A DNA stretch of 63,424 bases, counting the filler, from Octopus bimaculoides (taxonomy: Eukaryota), in assembly GCF_001194135.2 (NCBI RefSeq). It is 6 parts of 6 records of this genome, joined end to end, with 100 filler letters (N's around TTAATTAATTAA, not from the genome) between each part and the next. Parts side by side here need not be neighbours in the genome. Positions count along the whole stretch, not along the records: positions 26,494 to 37,294 come from NC_068991.1; positions 37,395 to 56,690 come from NC_068995.1; 4 more parts are not named here. The stretch is one strand, 5' to 3'. Within the stretch, counting starts at the first letter, position 1, and every line of letters starts with the position of its first letter. The position numbers and the translations under genes are program-made. Below the pieces are notes generated by a model. The model was given only the letters and a program-made list of their open reading frames with translations. It was not told where the DNA came from and made no database searches. Positions 26,606-38,037 of this stretch are shown here, piece after piece.

Positions 26606-28125
26606 TAATTGAACCTGACTAAAAATGAACCCAACCGCTCTCAAAATGATTATCTTGACTGACTGCAAGAAGAGACGCAAAAATTTGGCGATGATATGGC
26701 TGGATTACAGGAAAGCATATGACATGGGCCTTCACTTGTGAATTATTGAATGCCTTAAGCTGCTTAAGGTCTCCCACAATTTCCTGAAGTTAATACAAAA
26801 CTCAACGGCCAACGTGGCGAATTGAACTCACAGCATGAGGAGATAAGCTGGGATAGGTGAATATCAAAAGAGGGATCTTTCAAGGGAACAGTCTGTCTCT
26901 TCTCAAAAGGGGGAAAATCAGTAAAAACCATGGGATCAAGCTAAAAATGGTGAAACTATGAAGGAAGTCGGAGAGAAAGGATATAAGTACCTGGGTATCT
27001 TTGAAAGAGATAAGAGGAATGAACACAAGATGAAAGAAATGTCCAGAAAAGAGTATTTGAGGAGAACTCGGATTGTGCCCCAATTTGAAGCTAAATGGCC
27101 TCTATAAGATTAGAGCAATTGACACGTGGGTGGTTTTTTTGATGAGATGTGGGGCAGGAATAACATCCTGGAAGAAGAATGACTTACAAGAGATAGACCG
27201 GAGAACACGTAAATTAATGACAATGAACAAGGAACTACACCCCAAGAGTGATGTATCAAGATTGAATGTAAAGAGGAAAGAAGGAGACCGGGGATTGGTG
27301 TGTTGTGAAGGTTGTGTAAGGGAAGAGGGAGACTAGCCTGGTTTGGTATGTTAAGGGGAGTAAAGAAGAAATGATTGTAGTACTGAAAATGCAGGGAACC
27401 TTAAAAGTGAACGAAGCTGTAGATCCAACACGATTTAAGAAAGACCAAAGAGAACAGATGAAGAAAATTTGGCAGGACAAGAAAATGCACAGTCAGTTCT
27501 TGAAGAATAAAGATGAGATTGATTGGAATAGAACTTGGCAATGGCTGCAGAAAGGAGACTTAAAAGGGACCACTGTGGCATTAATGTGCAGTGCTCATGA
27601 ACAAGCTCTCAGTACAAACTATGTAGAATGTACTCTGAGAAGGGAGAAAGTATAAGCCATATTGTTAGTGCTGTAAGCTCGCACAACGCGAATACAAAAG
27701 CAGACACAGCAGTGTGGTCAGATATGTCCACTGGCTGTTGTGAGGTAAGCCAAACCTCGAGAGAGCCGAACACAAGCCAGAAGAAGTAATGGAAAATGAA
27801 CATTACAAAATACTCTGGGATTTTAACATACAATGCGACCAAGTCATAGAGGCGAGACGGCCATATATCGTGATCATCCATAAAGATGAAAAAGAAGCAA
27901 AGATAATAGATGTTGCGAATCGAGGGTGAAATATAACGAAACAGAAAAGAGTGAGAAATACCAGCCACTGCGGGACAGGATAGGAAATTTATGGGGTATG
28001 AGGAAAATAATGGTGATACCGGTGGTAACTGGAGAATTAGGAGCAGTTTTCAAGAGCTTAGAAAAACATATTAAGAATATTGGAGCTGCTCTCAGGCTCG
28101 AAGTGATCTAGAAGACGGCATTGTC
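26606..28125 (+). mobile_element. R4/Dong-like non-LTR retrotransposon (RT + restriction-like endonuclease), 5'-truncated, disrupted
   Basis: LAMIWLDYRKAYD; KLNGLYKIRAIDTW..IDRRTRKLMTMNKELHPKSDVSRL; WLQKGDLK..AHEQALSTN; LWDFNIQCDQVIEARRP; EKYQPLRDRIGNLW..VIPVVTGELG; many stops and frameshifts. Confidence 0.88.
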
Positions 28126-28470
28126 CTTATGGTCTGTCTAACTGATTCCTTTGCCCTCTGGAATCGGTCCTGCAAGTGCTGTTGGTGTAGGTGTCGTCTT
28201 GACGTGTCGTTGCAACTTTCGGTCGTCCACTGTGTGGACGATCATCCGTGCTGTTTGTGGCATTGTATCGTTTCCTCAGACGCTCAATTATCCGAATACT
28301 GCAATTCAAGTCACTAGCAATGACTCATGGACGTTGACCATCAAGGTGACATTCGACGGCTTGCTCCCTCGTGTCAGTCTTGGCATGCTTGCTGCGTTCG
28401 CGAAAAGAATGATTTTATTACTACCCATTTCGGGCGCACAAAGAGGGGACAGCACAATATATGATCCGGG
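28125..28470 (-). mobile_element. Tc1-like transposase 5' fragment
   Basis: MPRLT.. (ATG 28386) and, after a frameshift, NCSIRIIERLRKRYNATNSTDDRPHSGRPKVATTRQD (Tc1 HTH / GRPR motif). Confidence 0.75.
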
Positions 28471-28519
28471 GGTTATATACAACAAAATGAAATTAAAAAT
28501 TTGAATAACAAACATGAAA

Positions 28520-29479
28520 CAACGAATGGGACACAAAGGACAATAACAGACAACAAAGACAAATGAGGTTAAAAAGAACAGGTATGATTCGACCCCATGA
28601 GCCCTGTCTTTTTGAACGACACCTTTTATTTTTCCTATGTCGTGTTCACGCAGGGCCTTTCACTCCCAACATACGAGCTACATCCATCTTTTTTTTAGCA
28701 CACTCTCTAATAGACACCTTCTTTCCAGCCCCACCTTTCTTTTCAGGTGAAATGTAAATACATTCACCAAAGCGAGGCCGAGTACAAAGCTGTCTGTCAC
28801 AAAACCTTTCATACACGACTTCCATATCACCTCTTTCGCAATTGCTATGAGAAAGCAATTCTTAGCTTCATCCGTGATGAAATCAGGTGGGTTGATTTAT
28901 AGAATAGACTCAGCTGATAGCTGTACTCTTCTTCCATCTGACAAAAGATGTTCTGCATAAACCCACACTTCTGAAATACCTGGACACTGCACAATAGCGT
29001 GCAGGACGGTTTCCACGTCCCGCTCGCATTTTGGGCAGGCCTACGGTCCAGGGTGGCCAAGTCTGGTGAGTTTATCTCGAACAGGTAAGGCTCCTCTGTA
29101 ACACTGCCAGGCCAAAGACTTTTGGAAGTTATCCAGTGTCTTCGGTCCGAATGTTCTCTGGAACAGGCCGAATAACTGGTTGCATCGAGACTTAGGGTCC
29201 TTCTCTACACTAATTTCCTCTATGAATCTCTCATACTTTTCTACGGGTATCAAAATACATCCTTCATTTGCTTCAAAACTGCTTCCAGTCGGCTTCACTC
29301 TTACCTGTCCCTTCCATTCTGCAGTTTCTCTTTCCACATCCTCACTCTTCTCATACCTTACCAGGACACCCTTATATTTGCATAGTCCTTCTACTGTTTT
29401 TTCCCTTCTCTCTTGCATGTTTTGGGCTTCAAGTTTTTCCTTACCTTTCTTGCGTTATACTGAACGCTCTCTTAGGGTC
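28520..29479 (-). mobile_element. L1/Tx1-like LINE 3' fragment (zf-RVT region)
   Basis: FQRTFGPKTLDNFQKSLAWQCYRGALPVRDKLTRLG followed by broken C..C..ET..H motif. Confidence 0.75.
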
Positions 29480-32243
29480 CTTAAAACATCAATAATAAAT
29501 TGCATGAACCTGACCGTCACAGAACTAATTGCCACAGAAACAAATGTCAATATCACCGAGCTAAATGACATAATTTATGAAGCAGTCACTGAGGCCACAA
29601 AAGAAGCTGGATACTTCCTCAAACCCATCTAAACAGGAGTACCACCACCCAAACAAACCCTGTAGATAAATAATATCCAGAAAAAAATAGAAAACAAGAG
29701 AAAAGATCTGTCAATTCTTAATGAAACTAGTAGACTATCAACGCTACTAAGCAACAAGAAGAAAGTGAACAAAGTATACCTGAGGTAAAAGAACAGGTAA
29801 AACAAGATATCCTCGCCAAAGCACAAAGAATCCTCCGGTATCAGAAACGCCAACTTTTCTTTGAACAAAACAAACAATTAAATTCAGACCCCAAAAGATT
29901 CTACCAAGAACTTGGCAAAAATAAAATAGACATCAACAGCTGAAGAAATGGAAGAATTTTGGAAAGGAATATGGTCGGCGAAGAACAACCTCAGAAAAGG
30001 TCTATCAAAGCAACAAACACAGCACCTTAACAACTGTAACAACTGATGAGGCTACCCAGGCACTGCAAAACCTAAGCAACCAGGAGGCACTCGGTCACGA
30101 CAAGATCCTCAACTTCTGGTTAAAATACCTAACAGGAACACAAAAAGCTGGCTGAGAAATTTAATGAATACTAGGAGACAATGCCTGACTGGCTCACGAA
30201 AGGGAAAACTATCTTAATTCCCAAATCCACTGAAACGGCAAACCTACAAAATTACAGACTGATAACTGTCTCCCTACAATTTATAAAGCCTTTAATGCAA
30301 TAATATCACGGAGAATGAGCAAGCATCTGGAAGAAAACAACCTGTTTCCAGAAGAGTAGAAGGGATGCTGCAAGGGCTCATACGGCTGTAAAGATCAACT
30401 AATGATCAATAAAGCCATAACTGAAGACAGCCACAGAAAGAAGAAAGGCCTCGGTATGGCCTGGATAGACTACTGAAATGCTTTTGATAGTATTCCCCAC
30501 ACGTGGATCCTCGAAACACTAGCCATGAACAAGGTAGCAGCAATAATCATAAAATATATAAAATATTCCATGAATAAATGGCAGACTGCTACAGCCCCAG
30601 ACAAAATAGGGACTCATAAAAAGCAAAGAAGAAGAAGAATACTCCCGGGAGAGGCGCTTTCTTCACTCCTTTTCTGCTTGGCACTGACACCTTTATCTAA
30701 CATGCTAAACAGAACTGGATGTTGATAGACTGTTACAGCAAAACAATTAACCATCAATTGTATATGGATTTTTTAAAACAGTATGCTGCAAATGAAAAAC
30801 AGCAGGAAACAAGAAATAAACATGAAACTTAACTTAGAAAAATTTGCCAAAACAACCTCGAAAAGAAGAAAACTAGTTTAGAGTAAGAACATCACACTAG
30901 ATAAAGCAAATGAAATAAGAGAATAAGACCAAAGCCAGACATACAAATATTTATGAATCAATGAACTAGATACGATACAAACACACAAATCTAAGAGCAG
31001 ATAAGAAAGGAATACTATAGACGAGTTAGATTAATACTGAAAATAGAGCTCAATGCGAAAAACAATATAATAGGTATAAACACTGTAGCTGTCCCTGTTA
31101 TATGCTACAGCTGCAATATTCTTAACTGGACTCTAAATGAACTAATCAAAATAGACAGGAAAACAAGAAAAATAATGACAGGATTTAAGATGCATCACCA
31201 CAAATCTGGAAATTATTACAAAATAACCACCATAAGATTACAAAAATACCTACTTCAGAAGCAAGGAAAACTAATACAGATAGCCACAAAACTCGAACAA
31301 AACAAGAAGCTGTTTTCAGTCTTTAAGGAAGCTGACAAATACAAAGAGAAATCATAGTACCTAACAGCTATAAAGAAAAATGATAAACAACAAAAGCTGT
31401 AAAACAACTGAAATCCAAACTAAAACTGGTACAACAACATAGCATGATAAAACGATGGCAAGAAAAGCCCTTACATGGCAAATATTGGGTTAAGTTAAAC
31501 AGAAAAGAAATAGACAAAGCAAAATCCCAATAACGGCTGAGAAGCTCAGATCTCAAGGCTTAGACTGAAGGATTTTTAATTGCAGCACAAGACCAAAGCC
31601 TTCCCACCAGAAATCACCAAAAGCACGAAATGAAAAGAAATACAAGTAACTTCAGAATATGTGGTGATGGAGAAGAAACAATAAATCATATTGTCTTTGG
31701 CTACCCAGTCCTGGCCAAGAAGGAATATATTCACAGGCGCAACAGAGTTGGGACCTATATACGATGGAAGCTATGCCAACACTATGGAATAACAATAGGA
31801 AAAAGATGGTATAGACACACGCCAGAAAAGGTCTCAGAAAATAAGCAAGCAATCATACTATGGGATATGTCAATATACACACATATAGAAATTAAGGCCA
31901 ATAGGTCGGATGTAGCTGTCAGAGATCGCCAAGAAAAAAATTCTTTCTAATCGACGTATCAATACCAACAGATGACAATGTTTCTCTAAAAGAAATGGAG
32001 AAACTTTCAAACTACAAAGACCTGGAAACAGAGCTAACTCGAATGTGGAGCCTAAAAACAGAGACGATTCCTATTATAGTAGGTGCATTAGGTATGATAA
32101 AAAACATTCAGACAAATACATAACAAAAGCATCAGGATTTACAAGTATATATAACATACAGAAAATAGCACTACTAGGCACCGCACACATCCTACGTAAA
32201 ACACTTGAATACAGTGAAAATAAGAGCACCACAACAAACTACC
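29480..32243 (+). mobile_element. R4/Dong-like non-LTR retrotransposon, second longer copy
   Basis: NYRLITCLPTIYK..GCCKGSYGCKDQLMINKA..GMAWIDY..AFDSIPH; CRICGDGEETINHIV..LAKKEYIHRRNRV; ILWDMSI..IDVSIP..KYKDLETELTRMW..IPIIVGALG..QKIALLGTAHILRKTL. Confidence 0.9.

Positions 32244-32300
<57 letters not shown>
32244..32300. repeat. (GTA)n tract at 3' end of R4-like LINE
   Basis: Direct read. Confidence 0.95.
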
Positions 32301-32302
<2 letters not shown>

Positions 32303-33174
32303 TTTGTTGTTGATGTTATAATTGTAGTTTTTGATTCATGTATAAGCTATCAATTTAGTGGGGAGAGGTTAGTAGATCCCATAGGCCACTGTATGGATAT
32401 ACTATTTCATCGACCCGGAGGGATGAAAGGCAAGGTTGAACACGGTGTCGTTTGACCACAGTAGATAAAGAGCCTGAAGAAGAAATTGAGCTCCAAATAT
32501 TATTTAATGAATATCTTGTCCAACCAGAAAAAAAAAACCTTGCCTAGAAAATATGTCTTATAAAATGTTCTCTGTATCAATGGAAGTTCTTGCTTACAAG
32601 TACTAAGGACGTGGAGTTGGTATAGAGAAAACTCGTTCAGGTATACACCACACCATAGAATCTTCAGTGACTAAAGACATATTGGAGAATGTAGTATTAT
32701 ATATGTATTGGGGAATATAGAATTATAAACGCTGGAATAAAAACGTTACGGTCATAGTTAGACTGTCACTGAACATAATTAGAAAAGGATGGCATGGGGC
32801 AAAATAAGAGCAATTCGACTGTCTGCTATTTCAACGACACAGAATATTTAAGCAAATTGTTTTTGATACCAAAATTAAAAATTAAGCTTAAATAAAGAAG
32901 TGACTGTCACAACTTACCCAGGAAGATAATTTGTAGCAACGTAAAAGAAACAACAAAACATGTTGTCATAATAGCAACAGTTTCATAAATTTGAAATTTG
33001 CCAAATATTTTTAGATCCGTAAAGAGACCATCAAAATCATATTCCTTTTTTGGTGACATAATGTTACGCCAAGCCAAGAAAAGAGCACTGACGTTGAGGT
33101 CTTGTTTTCAACAAAACTTTCACAGCCATCCAGTCGAATGAGATAAGAAATGCATATAAATATTGTTGTAGTCG

Positions 33175-33177
33175 TTA

Positions 33178-33212
<35 letters not shown>

Positions 33213-33225
33213 TCTGCTGCTGTTG

Positions 33226-33263
<38 letters not shown>

Positions 33264-33358
33264 GCTGCTGCTGCTGCTGCTGCTGTTTCTGCTGCTGCTG
33301 TTGCTGCTGCTGCTACTACTACTACTACTACTACTACTACCACTACTACTACTACTAC

Positions 33359-33392
<34 letters not shown>

Positions 33393-33393
33393 T
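33175..33393. repeat. Compound (CTA)n/(CTG)n/(TAA)n trinucleotide repeat
   Basis: Direct read; source of the poly-T/A/N and poly-L ORFs in the track. Confidence 0.95.
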
Positions 33394-33599
33394 TTTTGTC
33401 TCTGGAGAGAGTTATTCTCTTTTAGTGCCTTATTAGTTTAACACTCATTTATTTCCACTCATTTATTTATTTTTACTAAAATTTTCCTTGTGACTTGCAA
33501 CCTTTTCAGTAGACGTTGACTCTGTCCATTATCGGAACTGCGTTCTTATTCTTTTTCTTGTTGTACGCATGCGTATGCGTCAGTGTGCGTGCGCATTAC

Positions 33600-33630
<31 letters not shown>

Positions 33631-34323
33631 TGTATGTATGTATGTATGTATGTATGTATGTACATATGTATTATGTATGTATGTATGTATGTATGTATGT
33701 ATGTGTACGTATGCATGTGTGTATGCATGTATGTGTACGTATGCATATACATATGTATGCATGTGTGCATGTTTGTACGTATGTATGTATGTATGTATGT
33801 ATGTACTGTGCATGTTTGTGTGTATGCCTGTATGTGTGTGTATGCCTCTGTGTGTGTGTGTGTGTATGCCTATATATATATATATATGCTTGTGCGCGTG
33901 TTTGCATGTATGCATGTATTCTGCATGTCTATGTGCTTGTGCGTTCATGTTTGCGTGTTTGTGTGTTTGTGTGATTGCGTTTGTGTGTTTGTATGCGCGT
34001 GTGTGGAGTGTGTGTGTGTGTGTCTGTTTGTGTGTGTGTATTTGTGTGTATACCTCTGTCTCCTTGTGTGTGCATGTCTCCGTATGGGTTTGTGTGATTA
34101 TGCATGTGTGTCTGTTATTTATGGATGTGTGTCTCCATATGTGTCCTTGTGGGAAGTGTGCGTGTGTGTATATGTTTATGTGTTTCAGTTTTCATTTGTA
34201 TGTATGTATGTATGTATGTATGTATGTGTGTGTGTGTGTTTGTGCCCGTCTGTCCATATTACTTATGTATCTATCTATTTGTATATCTACCTGTCCGTAC
34301 GCGTTCCCATTTACCTACACATA

Positions 34324-34711
34324 TATTGTTGTTGGCACTCCGTCGCTTACGACGTCGAGGGTTCCAGTTGATCCGATCAACGGAACAGCCTGCTCGTGAA
34401 ATTAACGTGCAAGTGGATGAGCACTCCACAGACACGTGTACCATTAACGTAGTTCTCAGGGATATTCAGCGTGACACAGTTTGACAAGGCTGACCCTTTG
34501 AATTACAGGCACAACAGAAACAGGAAGTAAGAGTGAGAGAAAGTTGTGGTGAAAGAGTACAGCAGGGTTCGCCACCATCCCCTGCCGGAGCCTCGTGGAG
34601 CTTTGGGTGTTTTCGCTCAATAAACACTCACAACGCCCGGTCTGGGAATCGAAACCGCGACCCTATGACCGCGAGTCCGCTGCCCTAATCACTAGGCCAT
34701 TGCGCCTCCAC
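34324..34711 (-). mobile_element. SINE family C
   Basis: Close match to 21977-22365. Confidence 0.9.
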
Positions 34712-35114
34712 TACNNNNNNNNNNNNNNNNNNNNNNNNNNNNNNNNNNNNNNNNNNNNNNNNNNNNNNNNNNNNNNNNNNNNNNNNNNNNNNNNNNNNNN
34801 NNNNNNNNNNNNNNNNNNNNNNNNNNNNNNNNNNNNNNNNNNNNNNNNNNNNNNNNNNNNNNNNNNNNNNNNNNNNNNNNNNNNNNNNNNNNNNNNNNNN
34901 NNNNNNNNNNNNNNNNNNNNNNNNNNNNNNNNNNNNNNNNNNNNNNNNNNNNNNNNNNNNNNNNNNNNNNNNNNNNNNNNNNNNNNNNNNNNNNNNNNNN
35001 NNNNNNNNNNNNNNNNNNNNNNNNNNNNNNNNNNNNNNNNNNNNNNNNNNNNNNNNNNNNNNNNNNNNNNNNNNNNNNNNNNNNNNNNNNNNNNNNNNNN
35101 NNNNNNTACACATA

Positions 35115-35502
35115 TATTGTTGTTGGCACTCCGTCGCTTACGACGTCGAGGGTTCCAGTTGATCCGATCAACGGAACAGCCTGCTCGTGAAATTAACGTG
35201 CAAGTGGATGAGCACTCCACAGACACGTGTACCATTAACGTAGTTCTCAGGGATATTCAGCGTGACACAGTTTGACAAGGCTGACCCTTTGAATTACAGG
35301 CACAACAGAAACAGGAAGTAAGAGTGAGAGAAAGTTGTGGTGAAAGAGTACAGCAGGGTTCGCCACCATCCCCTGCCGGAGCCTCGTGGAGCTTTGGGTG
35401 TTTTCGCTCAATAAACACTCACAACGCCCGGTCTGGGAATCGAAACCGCGACCCTATGACCGCGAGTCCGCTGCCCTAATCACTAGGCCATTGCGCCTCC
35501 AC
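35115..35502 (-). mobile_element. SINE family C, apparently identical copy across a gap (probable assembly duplicate)
   Basis: Appears identical to 34324-34711 including the flank TACACATATATTG; separated by Ns. Confidence 0.8.
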
Positions 35503-35523
35503 TACACATATACATACACATAC

Positions 35524-35555
<32 letters not shown>

Positions 35556-35639
35556 TTACATACACACACGCACACACACAGACACACACGCCCGCCTAAA
35601 TAACGGCCTACTAACAACACTGTCTGTGTATATATAAAC

Positions 35640-36720
35640 TGTGGATATAGGGGTGTGACACCTATGTATATTTCCTATTTAGTACTGGGGATGTTTCATT
35701 AATCATGACAGTCTTGCACTTGTCTGAGTGTTGGGTCCTTCGGGTACTTAGGCAAAATTCGGATGTCAAGTTGACCCAGTATGCCTCCATTTTGGTCTTT
35801 GGCATATTGGTAGAGTATGGAAGATTGATTTTTGTCGTTATATTGTCTCAGATGTTTATTTAATCTCTCCGCAAATGTCCTAGATGTCTCACCTGTGTAT
35901 ATTATGTTCTTATCTTTACAAGCACCCTCTGTGCACCTTACGATATAGACTACACTTCTAATTCTACAGTTAATGTCAGGGTCAATCTTACATACCATGC
36001 AGTTACCATTGGTGAATGTGGTATTCTCAAATGGATATGTCCTACATAGTTGTGATCTGATGGAGCTCCCAGGCTTTTCAACAATCTTATTGTTTAGTTT
36101 AGCCTCCTTCAGAGCTTTCCTACATATATGGGTTAGTTCTCTATGGGCCATGACATCTATAAACATCACTCCTTGATACTTGTCAGTCTTGTACCACGTG
36201 TTCACGAGGTCACGAGGTCTTTGAGTCCTATTCCAGTCTTTACTTATATCTAGGGCAGGTACCACTGGTTTTATTACTTATAATACTATCTAACTTCTTT
36301 CTAACAACTCTGTATACTCGAACCCTATCTTTCTGATCATATCCAGAGAACTGCATGCAGTGCATGAAGATCTGTACCTGCTTCTTTGTTTCATAGATTT
36401 CATATAGTGGGGACACGTTGTTCATTATCCTAACTAGGTCACACGTTGTTCATTATCCTAACTATAAGTATGTTGGTATGACCGACCAAACAAAGAGGAG
36501 CGTAATGGAAAACAGCCACCATGTGGTTAACTCCATCCACTAAAGCATCAAAGTAACTATAAATTACTCCCCTAGGCACCCTAACAATATACTCCCTGTC
36601 CTTGATTCTGAAATTTGTTTAGAGATTGTGAACATATTACATGAAACCTATAGCTTCTAAATATGTTGTTCACAGGAACACAGCTTTGTCACACAACATG
36701 AAAATCAACATACTGATCGC
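35640..36720 (-). mobile_element. Penelope-like element: RT C-terminus + GIY-YIG endonuclease, with inverted 5' piece
   Basis: Minus: DLVRIMNNVSP..GYDQKDRVRVY..CMVC..C..VVYIVRC..IYTGETSRTFAERLNKH (GIY-YIG). Plus 36470-36720: LPVLD..KPIASKYVVHRNTAL..KINILIA (PLE RT thumb region). Confidence 0.88.
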
Positions 36721-37157
36721 ACACACACACACATACATACAGATGAAGACTGAAACACATGACCATATACACAGACGCACACTTCAGACAAGGACACATA
36801 TGGAGATACATATCCGTACATAACAGACGCACATGCATAATCACACAAACACTCAACCATGCACACACAAGGAGACAAAGGTATACACACAAAATACACA
36901 CATGTACACATATAGACAGATAGACACACACACACACACATACTAATACACAAACATGGACACAAGCACAAACACACAAACACGCAAACATGAACACACA
37001 AACACATGGATATGCAGAATATATACATACAAACGTACACCCATGCATACACACAAACATGCAGAGTACGTACATATATACATGCATACAAACGTGCACA
37101 CATGATACATATGTATATGCATACACACATGCATACATACATACATACATACATACA

Positions 37158-37191
<34 letters not shown>

Positions 37192-37443
37192 CATACATAC
37201 ATACATATATACATACATACATATGTGTTGTGTCTGCGCACGCACACTGAGTAACACGACTGCGTACAAAAAAAAAAGAGAAAAGAACGCAATTNNNNNN
37301 NNNNNNNNNNNNNNNNNNNNNNNNNNNNNNNNNNNNNNTTAATTAATTAANNNNNNNNNNNNNNNNNNNNNNNNNNNNNNNNNNNNNNNNNNNNTATATA
37401 TAGATACATACATTCATACACTCATACATGTTACACACACGCG

Positions 37444-37494
<51 letters not shown>

Positions 37495-37757
37495 TGAATC
37501 TGTTTTGCATTGTATTCATATACTATTGAAAAATTGTTCATATCGGTTTCATATGTTAATAAATTTGTTACAAAACATACATACATATTTGTATACACAT
37601 ACATATACATATATGCATATACATGTACACACACATGTACATATATATGTATGCATATGTGTGTGTGTGTGTGTGTGTATGTATATATAAATCATTTATA
37701 TAAGTATATACACACATATATACATACATATACATATATATATATATATACATACAT

Positions 37758-37803
<46 letters not shown>

Positions 37804-37813
37804 NNNNNNNNNN

Positions 37814-37886
<73 letters not shown>
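37814..37886. repeat. (GATA)n microsatellite abutting exon 11 donor
   Basis: Direct read. Confidence 0.95.
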
Positions 37887-37887
37887 C

Positions 37888-38037
37888 CATTTTTAGTTCC
37901 AGATGTTTGCCTCTGTTTAGAATAATGCTGTTTTTCTTCAATTCCTGCAATCTGACTTTTGTTTCATTCAAGAACGCAGACCTGGTGAATATCTGGTAGC
38001 CATCATCAGCTGTCATCCTGCAGGAATACACGGACAA
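37888..38037 (-). CDS. rGC exon 11 (start of kinase-homology domain)
   Basis: CTCTATTCGCCAG/ ... /GTATCT; 150 nt; LSVYSCRMTADDGYQIFTRSAFLNETKVRLQELKKNSIILNRGKHLELKM. It ends at ELKx, where I recall the homologous vertebrate NPR exon ending. Confidence 0.87.

Noticed and set aside
34315-35503. Tandem duplication of a SINE C copy
   Set aside because: Apparently identical copies either side of an N gap with the same flank: typical overlapping contig ends.
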